From contig JAKFCY010000002.1 of the NCBI GenBank assembly GCA_036676395.1, forward strand, positions 1,216,001 to 1,280,000: a stretch of DNA of 64,000 bases, in the 5' to 3' direction. This document shows, in pieces, positions 43,088 to 52,994 of this stretch. How positions within the stretch are numbered: position 1 is the stretch's first letter; each line of letters starts with the position of its first letter. The DNA comes from Bdellovibrio sp. (GTDB lineage Bacteria; Bdellovibrionota; Bdellovibrionia; Bdellovibrionales; Bdellovibrionaceae). Position numbers and translations under genes: made by a program. The notes under the pieces are model-generated. The model saw nothing but the letters and a program-made list of their open reading frames with translations. It was not told where the DNA came from and made no database searches.

Positions 43088-43366
43088 ATGAAACAATTAT
43101 TAATCGCTAGCTTATTTTTTTCGTCTATCGCATTTGCCAAACCACTTACGGGCGAAGTGCATGTGCAAGTTAAAGGTATGGTTTGCGCGTTTTGCGCCCA
43201 GGGTTTAACAAAGTCGTTTAAAAAAATCCCAGAAGTGCAAGATGTGACCGTAAGTCTTGAAGGAAAATTTGTTCACTTGGTCTTAAAGAAAGATAAATCT
43301 TTAGAAGATACAAAAATTCTAGAGACGATTAAAGAAGCGGGCTACGAAGGAACTATCGGCCACTAA
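43088..43366 (+). CDS. Periplasmic heavy-metal-associated (HMA) domain protein, MerP/CopZ-like
   Basis: Signal peptide (AFA), VKGMVCAFCAQG metal motif and IKEAGY. Confidence 0.85.
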   Translation: MKQLLIASLFFSSIAFAKPLTGEVHVQVKGMVCAFCAQGLTKSFKKIPEVQDVTVSLEGKFVHLVLKKDKSLEDTKILETIKEAGYEGTIGH

Positions 43367-43398
43367 CGGTGGTACTAATTTTTAGCAAGAATATTTTC

Positions 43399-43785
43399 AT
43401 GCAAAACTATCAACGAAGTTTTAAAGAAAGTTTAAGTGCCTATTTAGGATTATTTACTTCGGTAGGCACTTTACTTTGTTGCGCTCTTCCAGCTTTATTA
43501 GTGAGCCTAGGATTAGGCGCTTCGATGATTACTTTGACCAAGGCGATTCCCCAAATTACTTGGATCGGAGAACATAAAAACTACGTTTTTAGTTTTGCTT
43601 TTTTAATGTTAATAATAAGTTCTGTTTTAACTTATAAAAATCGCAACGCCCCTTGCCCCATAGATCCAAGACTTCGCGATGCCTGTCTTCGCGGACGTAA
43701 ATACTCAAAAAATGTTCTAATTTTAGGCTGGTTGTTATTGAGTGTGGGCTTTTTCTTTGCATATTTAGCTCAATTATTGACTTAA
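43399..43785 (+). CDS. MerT-like metal transport membrane protein
   Basis: TLLCCALPALL in TM1 and CP...C in the loop; 3 TMs; ATG at 43399. Confidence 0.7.
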   Translation: MQNYQRSFKESLSAYLGLFTSVGTLLCCALPALLVSLGLGASMITLTKAIPQITWIGEHKNYVFSFAFLMLIISSVLTYKNRNAPCPIDPRLRDACLRGRKYSKNVLILGWLLLSVGFFFAYLAQLLT

Positions 43786-43835
43786 CCCATCGAAATTACT
43801 ACTTTTTGTGTATTACAAACAAGGAGTAAAACCAC

Positions 43836-45887
43836 ATGAATTCAACTTACTTGATGTCGCCAGTTATTGCCGGCGTTGTCGGTCTTGTGATTGCCGTTAT
43901 TCTGTATTTCAGAGTTAAAGCGCAACCATCAGGAAATGAAACAATGAACAGAATCGCAGGATACATTCGCGAAGGCGCGATGGCATTCTTAGTTCGCGAA
44001 TACAAAGTATTAGCGGTCTACTGTGTAGTTGTTGGCGCATTATTAATGTACGCTTTAGGAACTACAGCTGCCATTTGGTTTATCATTGGTGCTTTTTTAT
44101 CTTTATTAGCTGGTTTTGTTGGTATGAAAGCTGCGACTTTCGCAAACGTTCGTACAACTCAAGCGGCCGCTTCTTCTACAAAAGGTAATGCCTTACTTGT
44201 AGCTTTAGATGGCGGAGCAGTAATGGGTTTATCTGTTGCTGGTCTTGGATTAATCGGTTTAGGTCTTGTGTATTTCTTCTATCAAGCTGATCCACATATC
44301 GGAACAATCTTGCATTCATTCGCAGTGGGAGCTTCATCGATCGCCTTATTTGCACGTATCGGTGGTGGTATCTACACTAAAGCGGCTGACGTAGGTGCAG
44401 ATATCGCTGGTAAAGTTGTTGAAAATATTCCTGAAGATGATCCTCGTAATCCTGGTGTTATCGCTGATAACGTTGGTGATAATGTGGGTGACGTTGCGGG
44501 TATGGGCGCGGATATTTATGAATCAATGGTTGCAGCTATCGTTTCAGCAATGGCGATCGCATTAACTATCGAAGCTGTAGATCTTCCGAAACTTATGCTT
44601 GATGGTTCTGATTCACGTTTAATGTCTGTGGGTTTACCATTAGTATTATCTGCCATCGGTATGGTTATTTCTATTATCGTTATTTTCTTAGCCCGCGCTT
44701 TGAAAAATTCTAAACCAGCAACGGTATTACGTGCTGCTTTAATGTTACCTCCAGTTATTTTAACTGTTGTGTCTTACATTTTTATGCCGACATTAGGTGT
44801 TTCTCAAAACGTAACTTGGGCTTTAGCTGCGGGTGCGTTTGGTGGAGCATTAATCGGTTTAGTGACTGAGTACTACACAGCGATGAGACCGATTCGTTTA
44901 GTTGCTGAAGCTGCGCAAACGGGTGCTGGTACTGGTGTTATTCGCGGTTTAGCTGTGGGTATGGAATCAGTTGCAATCCCAACTTTAATCGTTGTGATCG
45001 CGGCTTACATTGCAGATCAATGTTTGGGTTTATACGGTATCGCTATGGCAGCCGTTGGTATGTTAGCAGGAACTGCAGTTGTTATGACTGTAGATGCTTA
45101 CGGCCCAATCGCTGATAATGCGGGTGGTATTTCTGAAATGTCAGGTCTTCCATCAAACGTTCGTGATATCACAGATGAATTAGATGCGGTTGGTAACACA
45201 ACAGCAGCTATCGGAAAAGGTTTTGCGATTGGTTCTGCGATTTTAACAGTTGTGGCGTTATTTTCTGCTTTCAATATGGAAGTGAATCACGTGCGCGTTG
45301 CTGCTGGAATGGCGAAAATGCAATTAGACTTAACTTCTTCTGGAGTATTAATCGGTATTCTTTTAGGTTCGATTCTTCCTTTCTTAGTTGGTGCGACAAC
45401 TATGACAGCAGTAGGTCGCGCAGCGGGTAAAATCGTTGTTGAGATCGCTCGTCAGTTCAAAGAAATTCCAGGTTTACGTGAAGGTAAAGCAGAACCACAA
45501 CCTGCAAAAATCGTTGATATCGCAACTTCGGCTGCGTTATGGGAAATGATTTTACCAGGTATGGTAGCCGTAGTTGCTCCGGTACTTTGCGGATTTATCT
45601 TAGGACCTCAAGCTTTAGCAGGAATGTTGGCTGGTGGTTTAGCAGTGGGTGCTTCGATGTCATTATTCATGGCTAACGCTGGTGGCGCTTGGGATAACGC
45701 TAAGAAATTTATCGAAAAAGGCGGACTTCCAGGTCACAAAAAAGGCTCTGACGCTCACAAAGCGGCCGTTGTTGGTGACACTGTTGGTGACCCGTTCAAA
45801 GATACTTCTGGTCCTGGTATCGCTATCTTGATCAAAGTAATGTCAGTTGTTTCTTTATTAATCGCGCAGTTAATTGCTTTAAAGTAA
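43836..45887 (+). CDS. hppA: Membrane-bound Na+/H+-translocating pyrophosphatase, K+-dependent type
   Basis: [48 protein letters not shown] and [11 protein letters not shown]. Confidence 0.95.
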   Translation: MNSTYLMSPVIAGVVGLVIAVILYFRVKAQPSGNETMNRIAGYIREGAMAFLVREYKVLAVYCVVVGALLMYALGTTAAIWFIIGAFLSLLAGFVGMKAATFANVRTTQAAASSTKGNALLVALDGGAVMGLSVAGLGLIGLGLVYFFYQADPHIGTILHSFAVGASSIALFARIGGGIYTKAADVGADIAGKVVENIPEDDPRNPGVIADNVGDNVGDVAGMGADIYESMVAAIVSAMAIALTIEAVDLPKLMLDGSDSRLMSVGLPLVLSAIGMVISIIVIFLARALKNSKPATVLRAALMLPPVILTVVSYIFMPTLGVSQNVTWALAAGAFGGALIGLVTEYYTAMRPIRLVAEAAQTGAGTGVIRGLAVGMESVAIPTLIVVIAAYIADQCLGLYGIAMAAVGMLAGTAVVMTVDAYGPIADNAGGISEMSGLPSNVRDITDELDAVGNTTAAIGKGFAIGSAILTVVALFSAFNMEVNHVRVAAGMAKMQLDLTSSGVLIGILLGSILPFLVGATTMTAVGRAAGKIVVEIARQFKEIPGLREGKAEPQPAKIVDIATSAALWEMILPGMVAVVAPVLCGFILGPQALAGMLAGGLAVGASMSLFMANAGGAWDNAKKFIEKGGLPGHKKGSDAHKAAVVGDTVGDPFKDTSGPGIAILIKVMSVVSLLIAQLIALK

Positions 45888-45937
45888 TTAGCTCTCAAAG
45901 AGCTAATCGCATTAAAATAATCGACGACTTAAATTCA

Positions 45938-45980
45938 GACTCGTACTTTGGGACTACAATGTAGTCTGAAAGTACGAATA
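45938..45980. repeat. 43-bp palindromic element, copy 1 (imperfect)
   Basis: GACTCGTACTTTGGGACTACA-A-TGTAGTCTGAAAGTACGAATA; the arms pair around base 45959. Confidence 0.7.
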
Positions 45981-46012
45981 AAAAAAGGGAGCCTATAAAG
46001 CTCCCTTTTTTT
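45980..46012. terminator. Bidirectional rho-independent terminator
   Basis: A7-GGGAGC-CTATAAA-GCTCCC-T7 between convergent hppA and parvulin genes. Confidence 0.9.
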
Positions 46013-46067
46013 ATTTGTTAGAATATAAAACATCGACTTATCTTTGGAATTTATAACGCGTTTTCGG

Positions 46068-46110
46068 CGCTCGGGGTTTGGGTTTACACTGTAAACCGAA
46101 ATACAGAGCG
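46068..46110. repeat. 43-bp palindromic element, copy 2 (imperfect)
   Basis: CGCTCGGGGTTTGGGTTTACA-C-TGTAAACCGAAATACAGAGCG. Confidence 0.7.
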
Positions 46111-46118
46111 ATTTTTAA

Positions 46119-46161
46119 CACTCAGGGTTTTAGTCAACAATGTTGACTAAAACCCTGAGTG
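46119..46161. repeat. 43-bp palindromic element, copy 3 (perfect 21-bp arms)
   Basis: CACTCAGGGTTTTAGTCAACA-A-TGTTGACTAAAACCCTGAGTG. Confidence 0.85.
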
Positions 46162-46176
46162 AATTAATTGCGTCAT

Positions 46177-46482
46177 TCAATACCGTTGAATTAAGTGATG
46201 GCCGAAGCGGGTACGGATGATTCCTGAAGTTTGCCCGGGCTTTAAAGCTTCTAAAGCTTCCATGAAATCTGCATCTACATTTTTCTTGCCGAAGAGATTA
46301 CCCAAATCGCCCCCCTGAGGAGCCGAGGGACATTGGCTGTATTTGCGGGCTAGGTCTTGAAAATCTTTGCCGTCTTTTAAGTGGCGGAGCACGTCGTCAG
46401 CGGTAACTCGGTCGGCAAGCAATATATGACGCGCGTTGAGTTTCTTATCGGATGATTGAGATTGTTTATCGGATGCTGACAT
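46177..46482 (-). CDS. Parvulin-type peptidyl-prolyl isomerase
   Basis: [23 protein letters not shown] and [11 protein letters not shown] at 46482. Confidence 0.9.
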   Translation of the reverse strand: MSASDKQSQSSDKKLNARHILLADRVTADDVLRHLKDGKDFQDLARKYSQCPSAPQGGDLGNLFGKKNVDADFMEALEALKPGQTSGIIRTRFGHHLIQRY

Positions 46483-46569
46483 AATCACATGATATTGCAT
46501 AATAACTGTATAAACAACGTGTCTGCGACACGATATCGAAAAGATGTTATTTATTTAAGGGAGTTAAAT

Positions 46570-47052
46570 ATGGCTAAAAAAAGCACTATTCAAATCGGGA
46601 TTTCAGATAAAGATCGTAAACAAATTACGGATGGTCTTTCGGCTCTGTTAGCAGATAGTTATATGCTTTACATTAAAACGCATAACTTTCACTGGAATGT
46701 CGAAGGTCCGATGTTTAACACGCTTCATGTGATGTTTATGGATCAATACACTGAACTTTGGAATGCCTTAGACACGTTAGCTGAACGCATTAGATCTTTA
46801 GGCGAGTACGCTCCAGGATCTTACAAACAGTTCGCGGCTTTAACTTCAATTGAAGAATCAGATAAAGTGCCAAAAGCTGAAAAAATGATTTCTGAACTTA
46901 TTAAAGGTCATGAGGTCGTGATTCAAACGGCCCGTAAACTTTTACCGGTTTGTGCCGATGCCCATGATGAAGTGACGGCGGGGATTTTAACAGACCGTTT
47001 AGAGATTCATGAAAAAACATCATGGATGTTGCGCTCGCTACTAGCTAAATAG
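46570..47052 (+). CDS. dps: Dps DNA-binding ferritin-like protein
   Basis: [27 protein letters not shown] and [11 protein letters not shown] 46570 follows GGGAG. Confidence 0.95.
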   Translation: MAKKSTIQIGISDKDRKQITDGLSALLADSYMLYIKTHNFHWNVEGPMFNTLHVMFMDQYTELWNALDTLAERIRSLGEYAPGSYKQFAALTSIEESDKVPKAEKMISELIKGHEVVIQTARKLLPVCADAHDEVTAGILTDRLEIHEKTSWMLRSLLAK

Positions 47053-47087
47053 TATCATTAATTAACAACTCTTTTTTCACCGCTAGG

Positions 47088-48290
47088 ATGGCCGTGGACG
47101 ATTTAAAATTAATTACTGGAAAACTTTGGTTTAGTTACATTGAAGCCTTGCTTACAAGTTTAGTTGTGGGCTTTGCTGAAAGTTATTTTGCTGCTTTCTC
47201 ATTACACCTTGGTTGTACGCCGCTGCAATCAGGGTTGTTAGTTAGTCTTCCGTTAATCTTTGCTGCCATTTTACAATTCACACTGCAAACAAAAGCAAAA
47301 AGAGTAGGGCTTACTTATTTTGTAAAGCGCGCTCTGGTTATTCAATCGTTAGGATTACTTGGTCTTGGCTGTTTGTCTTTAGCTGAAGTGCCGAATCCGT
47401 TTTATTACCTGATGTTTTACTATTCTATTTATTGGTTAGGTCATTTCAGTATTCAGCCAGCCTGGAATCGTTGGATTTCTGATATTATTCCGGCAGATCA
47501 GGGGCAAAGTTATTTTTCGCTGCGCACGCGATTGTCACAAATTGGCATTATTGCGGGTCTTTTTGGGGGCGGGGCGATGCTGCATATGAACGCCCTAAAT
47601 ATTCCAGAACAATATTTGTTTTTTGGCTTATTCATGGCGTGTTTTGGTTTAAAGATTTCAATCGTGCAATTATTTAGAAAACATCCGCCGTATAATCTTC
47701 CGTTATTCTTAGATTTAAAACATTTTAGAAATTTATTTATCCAAAATATAGATTTTTTTAAGCGCTATGCGACTTTTAATATGTCGATTTTCATTTCTGC
47801 ACCCTTTGTATCGGCGTATTTATTATCGATTCGAAATGTCGGTTATTTAGATTTTATGTGGATTATGGCCTGTTTATTCGTGGGTAAAGTTTTGTCGACT
47901 TATTTGTTAAAACATTCAAGTCGCCAATATGATCCGCACCAAATGTTAATTTGGGGTGGAATGCTTGCGGCACCACTTCCGATGTTATGGCCTATCTGCA
48001 CGACTGTGCCATCGATGATGTTTTTACATTTCTTATCTGGAGTAGGTTGGGCTGGCTGGGAGATGGGCCTATCACTTTATTTTTTCTCGCGCATTCAAGG
48101 AGAGAAAAAAATCGAAGTGATCAGCCTTTATAATTATGTCGGCGTAGTCACGCAAGTCGTCGGCACAGTGCTTGGAGCTATTTTATTTAGAAACTTATTA
48201 AAAGAAAATTTTGATGCGCTCTTTGTCGTATCAGGGATTGTGCGCTTTTTAGCGGTGCTGGGTATGCGTAAGCCGCGACTTGTGGCGTAG
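47088..48290 (+). CDS. MFS-type transporter
   Basis: 12 hydrophobic segments and a PAWNRWISDIIP...YFSLR motif. Confidence 0.7.
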   Translation: MAVDDLKLITGKLWFSYIEALLTSLVVGFAESYFAAFSLHLGCTPLQSGLLVSLPLIFAAILQFTLQTKAKRVGLTYFVKRALVIQSLGLLGLGCLSLAEVPNPFYYLMFYYSIYWLGHFSIQPAWNRWISDIIPADQGQSYFSLRTRLSQIGIIAGLFGGGAMLHMNALNIPEQYLFFGLFMACFGLKISIVQLFRKHPPYNLPLFLDLKHFRNLFIQNIDFFKRYATFNMSIFISAPFVSAYLLSIRNVGYLDFMWIMACLFVGKVLSTYLLKHSSRQYDPHQMLIWGGMLAAPLPMLWPICTTVPSMMFLHFLSGVGWAGWEMGLSLYFFSRIQGEKKIEVISLYNYVGVVTQVVGTVLGAILFRNLLKENFDALFVVSGIVRFLAVLGMRKPRLVA

Positions 48291-48320
48291 CCGCAGGACT
48301 TAGAGTGGCGTAGCCGCAGG
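48282..48320 (+). repeat. 16-bp direct repeat duplicating the MFS gene end
   Basis: GTGGCGTAGCCGCAGG at 48282-48297 and 48305-48320. Confidence 0.85.
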
Positions 48321-48324
48321 GTTA

Positions 48325-49098
48325 TTAGGCGAAATTTTTAATAAATTTACGGTGCAGTTCTTTATCTTGGTATTTATCTTCAGCGGCTGCCAAATCTTCA
48401 TCTGAATAACCAGTTCTAATTCCTAAAATAGCGACGGTCGTGTCTTGCACAATAAAATCAACGCGCCAAGTGCGATAAGCTAAAACCCAGTAAGACTGTA
48501 CAAATTCAACACGTTTTTTTTCTGCGTTGGTTGGATCATACTCAAGCTGACGCGAAATAAATGATCGCAGCTGAGTCATGTCCGCATTTTGATACTCTAA
48601 ATAATCAATTTGTTCGCTCGCTAACGGAGAAAAAGAAAGACTCATTTTTGGTGCAAGTGAAGACTCTAACCATTCGATATGAGCATCTTCGGCTATGTCA
48701 GATTCTGGGTGATAAGGCTTAATATCTAAAATCGGGGTGTCGTTTAAAATATCATTTGGCCCGAGATGAATATTTAATCCATCGACTTTTTCTAATTTAA
48801 CTAATGACATGCCAATAGGGTTTGGACGATACGGAGCACGCGTTGCAAAGACGCCGATTTTTCTGTTCGATCTTGGAGTTTGCACTAGCGGTTTCCAGTT
48901 TTCGTTTTTATGAAAAGTATAGATAATCCAAAGATGACTGCAGCCTGATAAATCAGTCAGCGCTTGCTCAAAGTTTTGTCCTGAATTTAACATGATCACA
49001 GCCTCCGATGATAAACCATCGGGCTGACGAGAAGCTTGATAAGGCTCTATCTGATCTGATTTTAAAACTCCAATGGGATTGAAAGTAATTGGAGTCAT
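48325..49098 (-). CDS. trmO: tRNA m6t6A37 methyltransferase TrmO (TsaA)
   Basis: PIG, SHLWIIYTFH, GVFATRAPYRPNPIGMS and TPILDIKPY. Confidence 0.9.
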   Translation of the reverse strand: MTPITFNPIGVLKSDQIEPYQASRQPDGLSSEAVIMLNSGQNFEQALTDLSGCSHLWIIYTFHKNENWKPLVQTPRSNRKIGVFATRAPYRPNPIGMSLVKLEKVDGLNIHLGPNDILNDTPILDIKPYHPESDIAEDAHIEWLESSLAPKMSLSFSPLASEQIDYLEYQNADMTQLRSFISRQLEYDPTNAEKKRVEFVQSYWVLAYRTWRVDFIVQDTTVAILGIRTGYSDEDLAAAEDKYQDKELHRKFIKNFA

Positions 49099-49103
49099 AT
49101 AGA

Positions 49104-49907
49104 TTAGACTTTGATTTGTTGTTCGTTAAATTGTTTACGCCACTCATAACCGGCAATCGCTGCGGCAACACCTGCGTTGAGTGAATTTTTAATTCCGAAT
49201 GTTGGAATTTTACGAACTTCGTGAGCCAGTTCTAACTGATCTTTATCTAAACCAAAACGCTCATTGCCAATTAAAAAAGCCGTAGGTTTATCGAAATTAA
49301 AATCAGCGGCAATATCAATGGCTTTACTAGAAGTTTCAAGGGCCACGATATAATAGCCTTCTTTGATTAAGTGATTAATGGTTTCAGTAAAACTTTTTTG
49401 TTCCCATTCAACGACGAAGGCTGCGCCCAAAGCTGCACGCTCAACTTGAGGTTGGTGCGGCGTCGGAGTGTAACCGGTCAGCCAAATTTTTTTCGCACCC
49501 AGTGTGTCTGCAGTTCTAAAAATCGAACCCACGTTGAAAGCTGAGCGCATGTTATCGACTATGAAATGCAAAGGAACACGAGGAGTAACTAAATGAGCAC
49601 GATCTGTGTTCATAATTAAAAATTCATCATCAGCCATACCTTTTTTAAGGTAACGCTCAAAAGGAACTGCAATCGTTGATAGATGACGTAAGGTCATCGT
49701 CGGCGTAATTGAATTTTTATATTTTGAAAGCTTCTGTAAAATAGGATCAGAAGATTTTTCAAGTTCTCCGATCATTATAATCAGTTCTTGTAAAAACATC
49801 TGGTCAAATTTGCCATCGCTTGATTCTTGTTCAATGCCGATAAAAAGTTTGTGAATTTCTTCAACTTTTTTCTTGTCGTTTTTTTGCTCGTTTGATTGAT
49901 CTGCCAT
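49104..49907 (-). CDS. TrmH/SpoU-family RNA methyltransferase with N-terminal extension
   Basis: DNMRSAFNVGSIFRTAD, GNERFG and IPTFGIKNSLN. Confidence 0.88.
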   Translation of the reverse strand: MADQSNEQKNDKKKVEEIHKLFIGIEQESSDGKFDQMFLQELIIMIGELEKSSDPILQKLSKYKNSITPTMTLRHLSTIAVPFERYLKKGMADDEFLIMNTDRAHLVTPRVPLHFIVDNMRSAFNVGSIFRTADTLGAKKIWLTGYTPTPHQPQVERAALGAAFVVEWEQKSFTETINHLIKEGYYIVALETSSKAIDIAADFNFDKPTAFLIGNERFGLDKDQLELAHEVRKIPTFGIKNSLNAGVAAAIAGYEWRKQFNEQQIKV

Positions 49908-49908
49908 A

Positions 49909-51951
49909 TTACTTTACTTTTTGTCCGGTTTTAGCGCCGCTATCAGGTGATAACACGAATAAATCTGATCCACCTTCGCCAGCGCAAAGAACCATGCCTT
50001 CAGACATGCCGAATTTCATTTTGCGTGGTGCAAGGTTAGCGCAAATTAAAACGTGACGGCCGATCAGTTTTTCAGGCGCGTACGCAAGCTTAATGCCTGC
50101 GATAATTTGGCGGGTTTGGCCATTGTCGATTTCAACTTTAAGTTTTAATAATTTATCTGCGTCTGGAATACTTTCAGCTTCTAAGACTTTTGCCACACGC
50201 AGATCGACCTTATTAAAATCTTCGATACCGATAACACCAACTGGCGCTTCAGCTGCTGGAGTAGCGGCTGTTGCAGTTTTTTTCGGTTTTAACGCCTCGA
50301 TCGCCGCAAAGTGGGCTTTTTGCTCTTCGACCATCATTTTAACTTTATCTGCATCAACACGTGAAACCAAATGCACATAAGCATTGATTGGTTGGTTAGA
50401 TAAAACTTTAGCACTGTCAGCCCACTGGTATTCAGGCTCGTTTAAAAGCTGACTTACTTTGGTGGCTAACATTGGAAGAACTGGTTTTAAATAAATACTT
50501 AAAATTCTGAATGCATTTAGCGTCGTAGTTAAGACGCGTTTAACTTCTTCTTCGTCTGTTGACTTCCACGGAGCACGTTCGTCGAAGTACTTATTCACAG
50601 AATCTGCTAATTCACGAATCATTGTTGTCGCTTTTGCGAAATCACGCTCGTCATAGAATTTAGAGATCTGTGCTTGTTTGCTTTGTAATTCTTTTAAGAC
50701 TTCAGTGCTTGTGTCTAACGAATACAAGGCCGATCCGAATTTCTTATTTAACATCTGGGCGCCGCGCGAACCAAGGTTTACGATCTTACCCACAAGATCA
50801 GAATTCACACGCGATTGAAAATCGTCTAAATTGAGATCCATATCATCGACAGAACCATTAATTTTAGTGGCATAGTAATAACGTAAAAATTGCGGGTCTA
50901 AATGATTTAAATAAGTACGGGCATTGATGAAGGTGCCTTTAGACTTTGACATCTTTTCGCCATTCACCATCACATGACCATGAACATTCACAGCAGTCGG
51001 AGTTCTGAAATCAGCACCTGATAAAAGTGCTGGCCAAAATAGAGTGTGAAAATACACGATATCTTTTCCGATAAAGTGGTAACATTCAGCTTTTGAATCT
51101 TTACCCCAGAATTCTTCAAGGCTTCTGCCATTTTTTGTTAAATACTGTTCAGCCGCAGAGACATACCCCATCGGAGCATCCACCCAGACGTAAAAGTATT
51201 TGCCTGGCTCATTAGGAATTTGAAATCCAAAGTAGGGCTCATCACGCGAGATATCCCAGTCGCGCAGATCTTCTTTAAACCACTCCATCATTTTTTTAGA
51301 AATTTCTGGAACAGTGTGGTTTGGAAGCCATTTTTCTAATTCAGCTTTAAAATTATTTAATCTAAAGAAAATATGATCAGATTCTTTTTTTATCGGAGCT
51401 GTTCCGCAAATTGAACAGCCTGGGTTGATCAAATCACTCGGAGAATAAGTGGCAGCACACACATCACACGAATCACCGTACTGGCCAGGCGATTTACACT
51501 TAGGGCATGTGCCTTTAACAAAACGATCGGGTAAGAACATTTTATCGTGCGTGCAGAATAACTGTTCAATCGGTTTTTTATGGATGTGGCCTTTGGCTTT
51601 TAAACGTTCATAGAAAATTTCAGATAACTTTTTATTTTCTTCAGAGTGGGTTGACCCATAATGATCAAAGCCAATAGCGAAATCTTTAAAATCAGCAGTG
51701 TGATCTTTGAAACTTTGCGCGACGTAATCTTCAGGTTTAATACCCAATTCGCGCGCTTTGATCATGATCGGTGTGCCGTGTGTGTCATCGGCACATAAGA
51801 AAATACATTCATGCCCGCTCATCTTTTGAAAACGCGCATAAATATCGGCTTCAATGTGTTCTAACATATGGCCCAAGTGGATCGGCCCATTGGCGTAGGG
51901 TAGAGCACAGGTCATGATTATTTTTCGTTTTGGATTTTCTGTGTGTAGCAT
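49909..51951 (-). CDS. metG: Methionyl-tRNA synthetase with C-terminal tRNA-binding domain
   Basis: ALPYANGPIHLGH (HIGH-like), zinc-knuckle Cys residues, KMSKS and C-terminal DLRVA...NLAPRKMKFGMSEGM. Confidence 0.97.
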   Translation of the reverse strand: MLHTENPKRKIIMTCALPYANGPIHLGHMLEHIEADIYARFQKMSGHECIFLCADDTHGTPIMIKARELGIKPEDYVAQSFKDHTADFKDFAIGFDHYGSTHSEENKKLSEIFYERLKAKGHIHKKPIEQLFCTHDKMFLPDRFVKGTCPKCKSPGQYGDSCDVCAATYSPSDLINPGCSICGTAPIKKESDHIFFRLNNFKAELEKWLPNHTVPEISKKMMEWFKEDLRDWDISRDEPYFGFQIPNEPGKYFYVWVDAPMGYVSAAEQYLTKNGRSLEEFWGKDSKAECYHFIGKDIVYFHTLFWPALLSGADFRTPTAVNVHGHVMVNGEKMSKSKGTFINARTYLNHLDPQFLRYYYATKINGSVDDMDLNLDDFQSRVNSDLVGKIVNLGSRGAQMLNKKFGSALYSLDTSTEVLKELQSKQAQISKFYDERDFAKATTMIRELADSVNKYFDERAPWKSTDEEEVKRVLTTTLNAFRILSIYLKPVLPMLATKVSQLLNEPEYQWADSAKVLSNQPINAYVHLVSRVDADKVKMMVEEQKAHFAAIEALKPKKTATAATPAAEAPVGVIGIEDFNKVDLRVAKVLEAESIPDADKLLKLKVEIDNGQTRQIIAGIKLAYAPEKLIGRHVLICANLAPRKMKFGMSEGMVLCAGEGGSDLFVLSPDSGAKTGQKVK

Positions 51952-51952
51952 A

Positions 51953-52993
51953 TTAAACCTGCAGTTGAATTTTTTCTAATAGATCTGGATCTGATAAAAC
52001 CATTTCGCCACCTACTGCGATTGCAGTTAATGGGTTTTCGGCCACGCGCACCGGAATGCGAACTTCGGCTTCGATTTTATTTGCTAATTCTCTGATTAAG
52101 GCGCCACCGCCGGCAAGCGTGATTCCTGTTTCGATAACATCTGAAACTAATTCTGGCGGAGTTTTTTCTAAAGCATTAAGAATACCGTGAATAATTAATT
52201 GAATCGAATCAGATAGGGCATTGCCGATATCTTCTGAAGTGATTGTTTCAGTGCGCATAAAGCCTGAATCTAAATCACGCGCTTCGATTTCAAGTTTTTG
52301 AATATTCTTTTTTGGTAACGCTGTGCCAAGGCTAACTTTTAGAAATTCAGCTTGTTGATCGGTAACCACTAATTTTTTAGTGTCTTTTAAATAACGAATC
52401 ACATCTTCATCGAATTTGTGCCCGCCTAAACGAAGGGGTTCGCAATAAACGATATCAGCTAAAGCGATAACGGCGATCTCGGTTGATCCTCCGCCAATAT
52501 CAATCACCATGTGGCCACGCGCTTCGCGCACGTTAATGCCGGCACCAATTGCTGCGGCCATGGGTTCATCGATTAATAAAGTTTTTGAGGCTCCCGCAGA
52601 GCGACAGGCTTCAACGATGGCTTTTTTCTCAACTTCAGTCACGCCGTAAGGAAGTGAAACCACAACCTTTGGGCGTTGTTTGCCAGAAATTTTGATCGCC
52701 TTCATTAAAAAATGACGAAGCATCACGCGAGCGGCATCGAAATCGGCAATCACGCCGTCTTTAACTGGTTTGATGACCATGATGTGGCCGGGATTTTTTT
52801 TAAGAATTTCTAAGCCCTCAAGACCGATGCCTAAAATTTTTCTTTTTTTCGGATCAATGCTAGAAACCATAACTTGGCTTGGTTCATTTAAAACCATGCC
52901 TTTGTTCTGGATAGAGATCAGCGTATTCGCTGTTCCTAAGTCAACATAGATGTCTGCGCCTGCTGTAGTGGAACCAAATAGCCATTCTAACAT
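51953..52993 (-). CDS. mreB: Rod-shape-determining actin homolog (orphan MreB paralog)
   Basis: DLGTANT, DGVIADF, EPMAAAIG, DIGGGSTE, PPELVSD and GGGAL; ATG at 52993. Confidence 0.9.
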   Translation of the reverse strand: MLEWLFGSTTAGADIYVDLGTANTLISIQNKGMVLNEPSQVMVSSIDPKKRKILGIGLEGLEILKKNPGHIMVIKPVKDGVIADFDAARVMLRHFLMKAIKISGKQRPKVVVSLPYGVTEVEKKAIVEACRSAGASKTLLIDEPMAAAIGAGINVREARGHMVIDIGGGSTEIAVIALADIVYCEPLRLGGHKFDEDVIRYLKDTKKLVVTDQQAEFLKVSLGTALPKKNIQKLEIEARDLDSGFMRTETITSEDIGNALSDSIQLIIHGILNALEKTPPELVSDVIETGITLAGGGALIRELANKIEAEVRIPVRVAENPLTAIAVGGEMVLSDPDLLEKIQLQV

Positions 52994-52994
52994 A

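Noticed and set aside
43088..43785. Mercury-resistance operon
   Set aside because: No merA, merR or merB is present; only transport-like components.
45938..46161. Possible CRISPR array from the repeated palindromes (also the direct repeats at 48282 and 55405)
   Set aside because: Copies are few, divergent and irregularly spaced, with no unique-spacer pattern and no cas genes.
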